Shown here in pieces: positions 11,831 through 26,590 of a stretch of DNA of 64,000 nt. A program made the position numbers and the translations under genes. Position 1 is the stretch's first letter, and each line of letters begins with the position of its first letter. The notes beneath the pieces are model-generated. The model ran no database searches. It was given only the letters and a program-made list of their open reading frames with translations, and had not been told where the DNA came from. Source of the stretch: Octopus vulgaris (taxonomy: Eukaryota); assembly GCA_951406725.2 (NCBI GenBank), contig OX597814.1:137392001-137456000 (forward strand), written 5' to 3'.

Positions 11831-13919
11831 GTTATCTGGCTTATCTGGCTGAGCATGGGCTGCATAAACCTCACTAGTCTTGGGACACCTGCAAAGGTCA
11901 TAAGCATCTCAATTCCTCTAATTTTATAAAAATTTACCAGCATACAGGTAGATCTGTGAGTATCGCCTTGTGCAGTGTCTCTGGTTTATTGTGTGTTAAT
12001 GTGTCCTCAATATCAGTGGTCTTTGGTGTATGACAAAAAAATTGTTTCACACACTGGAAAATTTACACACTTCCGTTTTTGTTATCTTCAGATTCTCTTA
12101 TGTTGAACTCAAGGAAGATAATGATTTGTTATTGTTATGTTAAAAGGTTAAAAAGTGGGAGAAAAATTGATTATATTCAAACTATATTTAGAGAAATAGT
12201 ATGATAATTAATATAAATGTGAAGAGGCAGTACTGTAATCACTGAACATACCATTAATGTGAAGAGTTAGCAGGCTGGAGAATATTGAGGATGTGGCATT
12301 GAAACTTATTGCTGATAGAAATGGTAATAGCAACTAGATTAAATGTGTGATGGCTATATGAGAGGACTGATAACAGTATAACACAATTTTTGTCCTTGGG
12401 TAGCGACTGTTATTTGCTTATTCCCTAAAAAGTAAGAAAAATGGCTAATAAACTTAGCCTTTGTTATATTTATTCAAACCCCAAAGAATCCCTCTCAACA
12501 TATGGCTATGATGCTCTTCTACTACTCCTGCTCATGAACAGAGATGCACATATTATCAGCCACTAAGGGACATGTTCAAGTGGTTATGGTCAAGCAGCTG
12601 ACAAGCGAATCTGTGTACTGGGCAGAATATTTGCTATAATAATATTTCTGCTTCGGTAACTCAGTGCTGAATCTGTCTGAAATATAATAGAAAATATGTA
12701 AGTTTGAAAACGTTGATGTCCAGGTCACAAAAGCAAGGTCTGAAGGGAATAGTAGTCATTTCTTTTGATTTCTAGATGGATGTAAATAGGAAATAACCCT
12801 GGCCAAAGACAAGAAAAGAAAAGAATTTGTTACACTGTGTAATCAGTGTAGTGAATTTCTGTGTAATAACGGGTGATATTGGCCAAGCCGCAGTGGAGTG
12901 AAAGTAACCAGGGTGAAGAGAAGGCAGTATCAGGTGAATTTTGGTGGTGAATATAGAGCAATAGTTACCTGAATAGAGTCATATTGCCAAAATAGAGAAT
13001 GATAAGTGGATAGATAAATTATCTAGAGAAGGAAACTTTTAAAATAATAGGTGATAATAATAACAACATTCTTGACTACAATTTTAAAAATGGTAATCTG
13101 TCCAACTGGTAAGGAATGATGAGGTGGCAGAAACAGTGTAACAAAAACAAAATGCTTTACTGGTTATAAGTTCTCAGTTCAAATCACATATGGGTTGATT
13201 CTGGCTTTCATTTCCAGGAAAGGACTATTCTGATACAGCTGGTCTGTGATCAAAAGCATTTTAGCCATAACAATTATATTTTTTAAAGTTTTGTTTTCTT
13301 CAGACATATAATATATCAAAGGATGCATAATCCAGTATGCTCTTTGCTTTTTTAATGTGAGCATGTCAACTGAAGCACATTGGCTAATATTTCTTGAAGG
13401 TTGAGCAATCATGTAAGACTGATGATGACCAAATTGAAACTGATCATATTCTTTTCCTTTGAATCTACATTTTTGTAAGAAGCAGTCACATTGGCAACTT
13501 TGCTTATGCTATTTTTATTCCTCTAATAACACTTATTAAAGTATTTTAAGTCTTTAAACAATTTTGTTTTTGGTCTTTTGCTGTAAGAGTATTAAGACAT
13601 TGCAAATGAAATATACCAGCTGTCTCAAACAATTGAATTTCTCACAAAATGATTTTTTATTTTAACCTAAAATTTAGTTATTGTTAAATTAAATCCATTG
13701 GAAATTTTGCAATATGCCTATTTATTTATTCATTATTAGTCTGAAATTAGTATTATTTATTTTTTTAAATTATGGTTTTTAGCAAGTGCATTGCACTACA
13801 GAGATTACTTACAAACCAAAATGCATGTTAATTTATCAGTTCTAATGGTATTCTTAAGCTAGAATACATATTAAAAAAATTCTAATATAATCTAATGAGG
13901 TGTTAAAATAGTATTATCA

Positions 13920-13972
<53 letters not shown>

Positions 13973-13983
13973 TATATATATTA

Positions 13984-15702
13984 ACCCTATGATCTGTGAC
14001 ACCAACTTCAGAAAGCCAGTAAATCACCTGATAACCTATCAATTGAGTGACCTCATTAGCTAGATTAATTACATTCTCACCAGAAAACAAGATACAAGGT
14101 TGCTCTTAAATGCAAAGACCTTCCCTGGTGAAGAATGTACCCCACAACATAGATTAGTTATTAGTGACTTAAGCTTGACTGATTCCAAGAAGCAGACCAA
14201 TCTAGAAAAGAAGAATTTGAAAGCTTAAGGATCCTTTGAATGGTCAGAGATTTAGGGGCACCCTAATTGAGAAATTTAATGAGAAGGAGGAAGAACTACA
14301 GACTTGTATCATAAAAGGTAACTGGAAATTCCTACAGGACAGATTGCTTAGTGTCACAGACCAAATCTGTGGCTGGTGCAAAGTCCCAACATGACCTAGG
14401 GTGATGTGATGGTGGTGGAATGATGTTGAAGACAAGACCATTAGAGTGAAGAAACAGGCCTGAAAGGACTGGAAGAATGGTGGTAGCATTCTATGTCAGG
14501 TAGCTAGGAAGGAGGCTAGATAATCAGATATGCTTAGCCCAAAGGAGATGCAGAAACGAGGAAGTATTCTAATGTTCTGTAGCGAGAGAACCAGAGGTTT
14601 AAGGTGTTTGGGATTGCAAAAAGGCTTGGAAACGCTACTATGAAAAGTTGCAAAATGTAGAAAATCCATGAGAGAAGGGGAGCCTACCTAATGTGGACCC
14701 AACAGAGGGGCCAGCTATGTGAATTGACTGTAGCTTAGTAGATAAAGCAATTAAGGATATGAAGACAGGGAAAGCTCTTGGCTTATCAGGAATCACTGCT
14801 GGAAGATTAACAGAGAAAGTAGTCTTCAAGTGGAAAAGATGTGCAGGCATATTAAACACTAGGAATGTACAAAGAATAGACTTTGTCAAATGCCCAGGCT
14901 GGTACTTAGAAGTAGTAGATAGCTTCTGTTACCTAGGTGACCAAATCAGCAGTGGAGGAGGATGCTCTGAGAGTATAGCTGTTGAAATAAGAATGGGCTG
15001 GGTGAAGTTACTACCTATAGGAGAGATACTACCTATCTTAGTATCAAAGGGCCTCTCCCTCTGATTGAAAACAAATTTATGATGCCTGTGTGCAAACTGC
15101 CATACTACATGGCAGTGAAACATGGGCTGTGACTGGAGAGGATTTGTGAAAGCTTGAAAGAAACAAAGCTAGTATATCCACTAGATGTGCAATGTCAGTA
15201 TGTATGTACGACAGAGTGTGGGTGTCTTAAGAGAAAAATTGGGTATAAGAAGCATCAGATGTAGACTGCACTTGTATGGCCATGTGATGGACAAGAACAG
15301 TTGTGTAAAGAAGCGCCAATCTCTAACTGTGGAGGTAACATTTTTGAAGAGGTAGACCCAGGAAGAATGGGATGAGGTGGTGAAATGTGATCTTCAGTTG
15401 CTGAATCTCACTGAGGCAATGACATGTGACTGAGATTTTGACAATTTGCTGTGTTTGAGAAGACACATCAAGCTAAATGAAACTATAGTTGGGGCCAGAG
15501 CCAATGACATGCATAAGGCACTCATGCCAATGAAACATTAAAGGCACCTGTGCCAGTGACACTTAAATAGTACCCAGTACACCTTGCAGAGTGATTGGCA
15601 TTAGGAAAGGCATCCAGCAATAGAAACTAAGTCAAAACAATTCCAGTCAAACTGCTTAACCCATGTCAGCATTTGAAAACAGACACTTAATGATGATGAT
15701 GA
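13984..15702 (+). mobile_element. Degenerate, internally deleted RTE LINE with 3' UTR
   Basis: Endonuclease-end HRLVISD, MKTGKALGLSGITA, LEVVDSFCYLGDQISSGGGCSE, LHGSETWA, GRPRK, and a (GAT)n tail. Confidence 0.85.
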
Positions 15703-15929
15703 TATAAATACACACACACACACATGGGAGATGCAAGTAGTATACATCTATTGATGTATATTAATAGATATGTACAATTGAGTGCTTAAATCAGTTTACC
15801 ACTAAAACTCCAGCTTGAAGTGCAAATGGGAACACAGCGTTGAAATTGCCTACCCAAGGCAGCTGGCAATGGTACCTGATTTAGCAGTTATAAGTAGATC
15901 AAAAACGAAAGATAGACAAGCAAAACATT

Positions 15930-16850
15930 TGGTGTTATTCAAGATACATTTACTTCATAATAAAGTATAAAATATAAAACAGTTATGGTAGATAAGCAGA
16001 GTCTCTTACAGCTGTTTCTGGAATACTTGAGCAAGTGGATCATACTGATATGTAATGAAGTCACATAACCCAAGTATCCTATCGTTGGAGAGGTTGAAGT
16101 AAAGCGGTGTAGAAGGCAGATTTTTAGTTAAGGATACTAGTAGTGATGATAAGAGGTAACTGTATAATGTAATTCGAAGATTAAAGGAGATGAAGTCTTA
16201 TAAGTCCATTGATAGACCCATACATGAGTGTTTTAGTTCTGCTGGTAAATAAATACTTCAGCAGTTAAAAAGTAAATCTATTGACCTATCACTATCCTTT
16301 AGCTAAACATGGACATCACCTGAGAATGAAGAACATACCTCATAGTTTAACCAGATTCATAATTAACTCAGGTCTCTCATATCAAGGACAAAATGCCCCT
16401 TGTTGGCTTTGTTAAAGGAAATCAATGCAGATCCTACAATATAACTCTCCTTTACATATACTAAACAAGCCGCATGAGATATTTTCTACATGTACACATG
16501 TAGAACTTTTAAGTCTTCCTGCAAATCGCACTGTAACAGAACAGCTACTGTTGACTTCTGTATAACTTTGACTTCACTTAAGAACACATTTGTACACTTA
16601 TCCCATTATTCCTCCATCCCATCTAGATTTAATTTACCTTATATCACTACTCTTATTAAACCAGAACTGTTGGACTACGTCTTCTCTTGATTATTAGGTC
16701 AAGCTCTATTTAATAAGTAAGCACCATATATAATTACTCTAACTTACTAATTTCAGGTACTTGCATTACTCAGTAACTTTTCATATTTTTAATTGAAGTA
16801 TCTATTATCCAGGATTATTTATTTCTCTTCCTAGCTTTATAATTTAACTA
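15930..16850 (-). mobile_element. Penelope-like terminal remnant with hammerhead-like motif
   Basis: Minus strand GAAACAGCTGTAAGAG core at 16003-16018 with a long stem II. Boundaries approximate. Confidence 0.45.
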
Positions 16851-19552
16851 TACTAGAACATAAGAGAAAAAAAACTTCCTTGATTTTATTTTTTATTTTT
16901 ATTTGCACTTTAACTAAAACTTTTAAATTTATAAACTTGAATATTTTCACCTATATATTTTACCTATATAGCACCTATTTCACCTATATAGCAGAGCACT
17001 GCTGTAACAGAATATATGTTATATCCCACCCTCTACATTCCACCAGCACAAGTAGATTTTTCACCAAAAGTTTATTTTGAGATATTCTTTATCTTTTTTA
17101 TAGCCACCATACTAGCAACTTTACTACCCTACTATGCCTCACTTCACCATCTAATGACTGACTACCATCATCATTAGCTTGACAATTAACAGCTATTTTC
17201 CCTTGCTTATCCTTGAACCATCCCTCTCCCCACATTATCTTAATATGTATGTTCAAGGACTACATTTGTTTGGTGGTCGCTATTACATATGACAATTAAC
17301 ATATGCCCTCCTCTTGGTGTCTTTGAACCTCCCTCTCCCACTTTCTTAATTATGTGTATATTAGAGTCTTATACAAAAGTGCATTTATATGAATACACAC
17401 ATCATCCCCTCAGCACATCTCTATATTGATTAGTATATATCTAGACATACACTGGTTTTACTGTCTTTTCCTTACATTGGAGAGCCACTGTAGAGTGCTG
17501 TACAATAGAGACAAGCACAGCTTTAACACACAATAACACACTTTTTGCTTCATCATTTTTGTGTCAAATTTTTTCCATGGAAAATTGTATCATTTGAAGG
17601 TTCTAGATATGAACTTTTTTATTATGTAGTTTTAATTAAAATCCAACAGTTATGTATCATGTCAAGGTCTCTCAAACACCCTGGTATTTCCACACATTTA
17701 CAAAGTTTGTCCTAGTTTTTCTTTTCTGTTTGTTTTTGACTGCTGAACAGTATCCCTCGTCCTAATTCAATGTGCAGGAGTGCTATAACTCCAATTGTGT
17801 TGAAAATCATAGTCATGGAGAGAAACGTTTTTTGCTTTATTTTGATAAAAAAAATTGATGGGGGTAGATCACATAATCATTATGAAATATAAAAGTGAAA
17901 TTTTACCTACTACAAATGTACCAAAACTCAAGTCCTTGTGGCTTGTACTTTTGAATTTAATTAGGTTTGAAAATACTGCAAAATTGACTGTTTGTGACTT
18001 GTAACAAAATTGGCTTTACATAAATATAAAAAAAAAAATACCTAAAAAAGAGTTTCTTTCCAAGAATCTGAAAAAAAGACAACTACTATGTCATAGTCAC
18101 TATTAATTTGTGTAATTTGTACACTTATCCCATTATTCTTCCATCCAATCTAGATTTAATTTACCTTATTATATCACTACTCTTATTAAACAAGAACTGT
18201 TGAACTATGTCTTCTCTTTATTATTAGGTCAAGCTCTATTTAATAAGTAAACACTATATGTAATTACTCTAACTTACTAATTTCAGGTACTTGCATTGCT
18301 CAGTAACTTTTCATATTTTTAATTGAAATATCTATTATCCAGGATTATTTATTTCTCTTCCTAGCTTTATAATTTAACTATTGACTGTTTGTGATTTAAC
18401 TATTATATATTGTGATTTAACTATTATAATTTAACTATTGACTGTTTGTGACTTGTAACAAAATAGGCTTTACATAAATATTTTTAAAGATTACCAAAAA
18501 AAGAGTTTCTTTCCAAGAATATGAAAAAAAAAAGACAACTGCTACATCATAGTCACTATTAATTTGTGTAATTTGAAGATGATTATCACCTCAGTTTCAA
18601 AGATATTATATCATAAATATGACTAATTATTCCTTTAGGCCAATTAGGCAAGACTTCAACCAATTCACTGACCATGATTTAAATTATCATATTTTCTAAA
18701 ATATTCATCCAAATTTCACAAATGGTGTATCAAAATGTGTCTTTTTGGATGCTCTCCTAGAAAAAATACAGTAGAAATTACATTTAAATATTTTCAAAAA
18801 TTTATAGTGATACCTAACTAAAGTATATATTCTTAACCTGGCATGGATTCTTTTCGGTTGTTACCACATATTAAAATATATCTTTCAACCCAACTTTTTC
18901 TATCTTAAGAATGGATCTATTGACATAACTTTTTTACCTGCAGAACTATTCACTTACAGCAAGAGTGCAGGAGAGAGATGGTGGCGAAGTGCCAGGGTAT
19001 ACTTGCAAAGTATAGAAACAGAGCATAGATGGGATGGTAGAGTAAGGAAGAGAGAGGTAAATAGTGGCAGATGCCAGGGGCATATCCCCAAGGTATGCAG
19101 GTTATAATATACTTGATCATATAACTGAAAAATTATGTTGAATGTGGTCAGCTTCGGTAAACCGCTTTGATAAACTCTTCAAAACAAACCCAAGACATAA
19201 TAAGATCATTAGGATGGGAAATTCTTCCACATCGTCCATACTCACCTCACTTAGCACCTCTGGATTTCTACCTGTTCTGATAACTAGAACATTTTATACA
19301 CTGCAAAACATTCAGAAACAGAGAGAAAGTTGAAAACAGTTTTCGGGAAAAGAAATAGGTTTCTTTGAATATAGCATAAGAAAGTTACTTTCCCATTGGG
19401 CTGCAGTCGTTGAAAACAATGGTGATTACATTCTTGATTAAAACTATTTAGATAAACGTACTTAACATTATTTTTATATCCTTTCTGGTAAAACACAATT
19501 ACTTTCCAAACACCCTAATACACAGACACACACATACATATAAGCATCATAA

Positions 19553-21215
19553 TCATCATCATTTAATGTCCATTTTTCATGCTGACATGAGTTGGATAGT
19601 TTGACTGAGGTCTGGAGAGCCAGTGGCTGCACCAGGCTCCAATCTGATCTGGTGATGTTTCTACAGCTGGATGCCCTTCCTAATGCCAACCACTCCAAGA
19701 ATGTAGTGGGTGCTTTTTATGTGCCACTGGCATAGGAGCCAGTCAATGGGTACTGTCATAAGTCATGATCGGTTGGTGCTTTTTACGTACCACTGGTACA
19801 GGAGCCAGTCAGGTGGACCTGGCATCAAACACATTCAGATGGTGCTTTTTATGTGCCACTTACATAGGAGCCAGTCTGGGGGTACTAGCATCGGCCATGT
19901 TTGGTTGGTGCTTTTTACATGTCACCAGCCAAGGACACCGGCCCCAGCTACAATATTGGTTTTACTTGACTCAACAGGTCTTCTCAAGCATATAACATTG
20001 CCCAATGCACCAGGGTATTCTTAACAGGGCCAGACATGCATGGCTGCGATCTCACTTTAGTTGCCAAGTCTTCTCAATCACAGCATATCTTCAAAAGTCC
20101 CAGTCTCCTGTCATTGCCTCTGTGAGGCCCAATGTCTGAAGGTCATGCTTCACCACCTCATCCCATGTCTTCCTGGTTCTACCTCCTCCACAGGTTCCTT
20201 CTACAGTTAGGAGTGGCACTTCCTCACACAGCTGTCTTCATTCATACGTAACACATGCCACATTTAATCCCTCTTATGCCTAACTTTTCTCTCAACACAG
20301 TCATTCACACTGATGTTGCAAATCTAATGGAACATACTACCTTCATTCTTCTCCAGTCTCTACATTCATAGCCCATGTCTTACTATCATGTAGAATAGCT
20401 GTTCACACATAAGCATCATACAATCTACCTTTCACTCTGAGAGTCCTTTTGTTGCCAACAGAGGTAGTAGCTCTATGAACTTCTTCCATCCTATTCTTAT
20501 TCGAGAAGCAATACTTTCAGGGTATCCACTACTGTTACTAATTTAGTCACCTAAGTAACAGAAACTATTTACTACCTCAAGAGAACCTCCTGGGCAAAGT
20601 CCCTTGTGCTCTTAGTGCTTATTGTTCTTGCACATCTGCCACACATGAAAGTGACTTTATCTGTTAACCTACCTGCGATTCCACTGCATCTCTTATGCAT
20701 CCATATCTTACAATTCTGATGGAAAAAGAGTTTTATCTACTTTCTTGCTAACAACAACTTTAGTCTTTGCCAGGTTAACTTTAAGGCCCTTTGATTCTAG
20801 GTTTTGCTTCCAGACATGGAACTTCTTCAATTCTGATTCTGCAATAAGAGCAAGGTCATCAGTATATTGTGGTTCCCATGGGCATCCAGTTTTTAATTCC
20901 TCTGTTACAGCTTGGAGAACTATGATGAATAAGAGTAGATTAAGAACTGAACTCCAACTTGTACACTAAATTCATCACTGCATTCAAGGCCGACTCTCAC
21001 CTTACTGACAGCATCACTATACATGGCTTATACAGCTCTAAGAAGCCACTCCTCTGCTTCTAGCTTCCTTAGAGACCACCAGATAAGGGAGTGGGGAATC
21101 CTGTCAAAAGCTTTCTCCAGGTTGATGAAAGCTAAGTACAATAGTTTATTTTTGGCCAAATACTTTTCTTGCAACTCTCACAAGGAAGATGGCATCTATG
21201 ATATTTCTCCCAGGT
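19553..21215 (-). mobile_element. Degenerate RTE LINE with 3' UTR minisatellite-like units
   Basis: Reverse complement of the RTE RT region (NLEKAFDRIPHSLIWWSLRKL, YTDDLALIAES, LKVNLAKTKV) and a (CAT)n tail. Confidence 0.85.
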
Positions 21216-21254
21216 CATTTATGCCTTACGATATGGAATATTTCCTTTTCTTTC

Positions 21255-21552
21255 ACTTATGACGACGAGGTTCCTGTTTATCTGATCAACAGAACAGTCT
21301 GCTTGTAAAATTAATGCGCAAGTGACTGAGTACACCACAGACATGCATGCCATTAATGTAGTTCTCAGGGAGCTTCAGCCTCACACAGAATGTGACAAGG
21401 CTGGCCCCTTTGAATTACAGCCACAATTCATTTTTACCAGCAAGGTGAAGTAAAATGCCTTGCTCAAAAACACAGCACGCCACCGGGAATCATAATCATG
21501 ACCTTACAATCATGGGCTAAATACCCCATACCACTGAACCATGCACCTTCAC
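21255..21552 (-). mobile_element. SINE-like interspersed repeat (related copy at ~35560-35810 on +)
   Basis: Shared CTGAGAA.TACATTAA..GC.TGCATGTCTG.GG block in opposite orientations; degenerate tRNA-like head. Confidence 0.5.
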
Positions 21553-22066
21553 TCCCTTAACCATAGAGAAAAGGAGTGAAGTGATAGAGACAGAGAGGGG
21601 AAAGCCTCAGTAATTTAAAATGACAATTAGACTGAAATACAATCAATCTTTTCTAGCTTCTTTTAACATTGAAGAAGAGCGAAAGAGATTTAGTAACAGA
21701 TAGAGGGTAAGTCTTTTAGGTGTTTAGGTTTAATTCTGGGAGTTCTAGAAGGATTGAGTGTTAGTTCTCTCTTCTTTCCCCCACCCTTGATACTTATTCA
21801 CTTTCTTTGATAGTTCTTCATGTCTTTAAGTTAGTGGGGGGGGGGGGAACCATGTTCTTTTTTTCAGACACATTTAATGTTTTCTCTAGAAACTACAAAC
21901 AAGCCCCACTCCCTTCCTTTTTTTTTCATACAAAAATAATGCAAATTTCGAATGGGGTATAGCTGTGAAAAGAGCCCAGAAAAAATGTGTAATACCTCCT
22001 ACAAAATGGGTAGGGGAGAAAAGTTGCCAACAGGTGGCTACACGAAATTCAACTCTTTACTTTATA

Positions 22067-22355
22067 GAGTGTCTTCTACTATAGCCTCAGGCCAACCAAA
22101 GCCTTGTGAGTGGATTTAGTAGATGGTAACTAAAAGAAGCCCATCGTATATATGTGTGAGTGTTTGTGTCTGTCTTTGTTTCCCACAACCATCGCTTGAC
22201 AACTGATGCTGGAATGTTTGTGTCCCTTGTAACTTAGTGGTTCAATAGAAGAGAATAATAAAATAAGCACCAGGCTTACAGGGAATAAGCCCAGGGGTCG
22301 ATTTCTTCAGCTAAAGGGTGGTGCTCCTGCTTGGCCACAGTCAAGAATAAAAGAA
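22067..22355 (+). mobile_element. tRNA-derived SINE, 5'-truncated and CpG-decayed
   Basis: Collinear with 63697-63990. Confidence 0.8.
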
Positions 22356-22611
22356 TACCAGAAAAACGTTCCGTACCACTAAACCAAGAATGTTCTTTGA
22401 ATATGAACGATGTATTTTAAGGCTAAATAATAATTCTGTTTACGTTTGCGCAACTGAGATATTTTTCTTGGATTCTATAGTTATTGGTTTTACACTTCTT
22501 TATATATTCTGTAAGTATCACAATATAGAAACATTTCTCACGGCACCAGCAAACAATTTACAGATACTTACATTTTTTATGTCTTCCATGAAGTTTTCAC
22601 TGGTCCAGCTA

Positions 22612-22900
<289 letters not shown>

Positions 22901-23191
22901 ATATGGGTACAGGACATCAAAAAAACGTTGAACACAATGAAAAACGAAAACATAAAAACAAAAATACAGAAACATGAAACAGGCAACATAAAGAATATTC
23001 CCCTTCTTCAGTTGTCCCTGTTTCTTCTACTCCACGTTTCGAAGGCAAGGACAAGACGCGACTTCATTGAAACAGTCCTTCCCGCAAAGCAAGTTAAATA
23101 AAATTCGGATTTTTTGTGGGGGGTGAAAGTGGTAACAAGAACTGGACAGTGAGAACAAAACAGTAAAAACAAACAGTGTGTATATGTATGC

Positions 23192-23223
<32 letters not shown>

Positions 23224-23270
23224 GCACACACAATCACACATCAGTATATATATATATGTATGTATGTATG

Positions 23271-23303
<33 letters not shown>

Positions 23304-23354
23304 GTATGTATATAGATATATATGTATGTGTGTGTGTATATATATATATATGTA

Positions 23355-23558
23355 TGAAGGGGTACTGAAAGGCCCTGATTTTAAGGCCTGGTTGGAGGCT
23401 CAACCTTCCAAGTTCTTTCACAAGGCCTAGAAAAACTGAAGGACTACTACAATAAGTGTGTGAATCTGAGAGGAGAATATGTTGAATAAAAGCATAATTA
23501 ACCAATCCGCCTTGTATTTTCTTTTACCCAAAGCCAAGAACTTTTCAGCACCCCCTCA
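23355..23558. mobile_element. Mariner-derived MITE
   Basis: TA|TGAAGGGGTACTGAAA...TTTCAGCACCCCCTCA|TA. Confidence 0.7.
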
Positions 23559-23572
23559 TATATATGTGTGCA

Positions 23573-23628
<56 letters not shown>

Positions 23629-23828
23629 TGCACACACACACACACACAATCACACATCAGTAGATATCATTAGATAATACAATAAGTAAAGGGAGGCAGT
23701 GGGAGAGAGAGAGAAAGTGAGGTTACATTTTTAGCTTTCAGCAGTTTTCCACTTCAACACCACATAACAAGATTGTAGGTTTGTTATTCAACTATTTTCC
23801 AATTTCAAAGTGTGTCTGAATTGCTTTA

Positions 23829-23837
23829 TATATATAC

Positions 23838-23872
<35 letters not shown>

Positions 23873-23985
23873 TGTATGTATGTATGTATGTATGTATGTA
23901 TGTATGTATGTATGTATGTATGTATGTATGTATGTATGAGTGTGTGTGTGTTTGTGTATGTATGTATGTATTTATGTATGTATGA

Positions 23986-24017
<32 letters not shown>
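23829..24017. repeat. (TATG)n/(TG)n microsatellite
   Basis: Direct observation. Confidence 0.95.
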
Positions 24018-26279
24018 TTCAGTGTTCAGGGAAAATTACATGTATTAATGTAGTATTGTTTTAAGCTGTATTTTCTCCTACACTCACATAGTTTAAACAC
24101 ATCTCAACCTTTCTAAGTGCAGTTAGTAATTCAAAGATGTTGTGGTGGTGGTTTGGTCTCATATTGGTTGTGATTGAACAGACCTGTGGTCAAATATGCT
24201 CCAGTTATGTCCCTCCTTTTTTTTTTCCCAGACATCATGTATCTAATATGTTCAATATATCTTCTTTTTTTAAGATGGTAGGATATGATTTAAGGGAGAT
24301 TTAGCTATCATTTGTAGTTTATTATATAACAATGTAAAGGCTTCTTCACTGTCTCAAGTTGTTCTGAGCTCTTGATGTTTAATTCCATGTCAATTATGAG
24401 CAAACCTATGATCAACCATATTCCAGTTGTATTTAGTGGATATGTAGTCTTATGGAGTCTTGATCTGTTCAAAGTGGAATGGGTTGGAGAAAGCTCCAAG
24501 TTTGAGAAAACAATTTCTCTAATCCAAATGTCAGGATACATCAATGTGTCTGTTCTGTCATAACATATAATAAAAAGGATTTTTATCCAACTTTTATCTA
24601 GAACTGAATCAATATTTATGTATTCTATGTAGATATATTGTGTGACCTCAGTTTTAGCTGACTGTGTATGTAAATCAATAATTGATTGTATATGTAATAT
24701 TCTCTTTTCAATTTTTCAAATTTATTAACTTATATTTTGTGTTTCTCTTTACTAAAGTTCAAAAAATTTTTTAAAGTTTATTCAGTTAAAGCTTTACAAA
24801 ATTTTACTTGTTTTTGATAAGCATATTATCTAGTCGAGTGTAGGACCAGTTTTGGTTAGCATATTGTTTAGTTGAGTGTAGAGTTTTGTCCTAAGAGGTT
24901 CTATCCAGACCCCTTTCTAGTCAACTGCTGTAGACTTATTTCTGCTTTTACACTCACCTTTCAGCAGAATTTTAACTAGCACCTCTATTGTAAAGAAAGA
25001 CATACAAGTATGGGCTAGAAAATTCTGACATTTTCGTTCAGTTGGAGCAAGTTTCAAGTTTGGAAACAAGATAATTAACCGTAAAGAAAAACCTTCAGCT
25101 TGTAACATTTACACTATACCTTAATATTAACTATTAAAAGTCCACTGGGATTAACTTTGTCTTTCATCAAGTGAATTTAATCTTAAACGACATAACTCAT
25201 GTGACTACATGTTCAATGGTCCGAATGCTTAGACATACACAAAATCACAGTATCAGTTAATTCATTCGTTCATTTAACATCCATTTTTCTATGCCTGCAT
25301 GAGTTAAATAGGGACTTATTTCGGGTAGGATTTTATGGTCAGATGCTCCTCAGTTGCTAATCCTTACTTGTTTTTCAAGTTAGGAATTTCTTTATCACAG
25401 GTCTTTGAAAGTACTGAACAAATGATCATAAGGGCAACAAGGAATGTAAACATCACTGTTTCATGTGAACATATGCATGTGCGTGTGCACACACACACAT
25501 GCATGTGCATACCTACAAACACATATGCATATACAATGGGCTTCTATGCAGTTTTCATTTGCCTGATTCACTCATAAAGCATTGGTTGGTTTAGGGCTAT
25601 AGTAGAAGATGCTTGCCCAAGATGTTGGGAAGCTAACATCTTAACCATAACAGTCATACCTTAGCTATATCAAAATTTTATTTTGGTTTGGCCAACTCTT
25701 AATCGTAATAATCAAAGCTACTTTGACTGAACAGACTCCAATTTCATTTTCCTCATTTGCAGTAACCGCAAAACCTTATGATACACTAATACAAGATGAG
25801 TAAAAACCCATTTGCCAAATTGTGTCTATTCAGCTAAACATTCTAAGATGTGTGTTTGATCTCAGATATGAATAGAGTCAGGCACATTAATATGTTTACC
25901 GAAGAGATGTTTTCAAACAGTTGATTAATCATATTTATATATTGATTCATGCAGTTAATTTTAGAAAGCAATTTTCAAAATAAATGTAGTAAGTCTCTAT
26001 CATTAAGAATCTGGGTTAATAAGTATAGTTTTAAATATAGTTTATGCAAATATCTATAATTGCTGAACCAATTGGAAGAAAATGTTGAAATATTAAATAC
26101 AAGAATAAATGTTAATCCACAAATGTAGGTTATAAACTTACTGGGTGAGAAATAATAAGATAGAGAAATTAATACAGTTAATATCGCATAAGGATGCATT
26201 ATTAATATGTTGCTAGGAAGAGTATTTAAGAATGATCCAATTTGTATATTTTATTGAATATATGTTTCTGTGGGCTCAA

Positions 26280-26590
26280 TCATCATCCTTGTTTAATGTC
26301 TGTTTTCCATGCTGGCATGGGTTGGACAGTTTGACTGGGGTCTGGCCAGCCAGAAGGCTGCACCAGGCTCCAATCTGATCTGGCAATGTTTCTACTTCTG
26401 GTTGCCCTTTCTAACACCAACCACTTTGAGAATGTAGTGGGTGCTTTTAACTTGCCACTGGCACAGGAGCCAGATGGGGCGAGGGGGCTGGCATTGACCA
26501 TATTCAGATGGTGCTTTTTACGTGAGCCAGTCAAACAGCACTGGCATCGGCCGTGTTCGGATGGTGCTTTTTATGTGCCACCACTGACAT
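26280..26590 (-). mobile_element. RTE 3'-UTR / SINE copy
   Basis: CATCATC..GTTTAATGTC.GTTTTCCATGCTGGCATGGGTTGGAC; same family as 9458 and 53940. Confidence 0.75.

Noticed and set aside
19700-19930. CRISPR-like regularly spaced GGTGCTTTT repeats
   Set aside because: The spacers are homologous to each other, the array is part of an RTE 3' UTR, the context is eukaryotic and no cas genes are present.
22995-23050. GAAAC...CTGAAGA on the minus strand as a type II hammerhead
   Set aside because: No stem I pairing between the putative cleavage site and the CUGA box.
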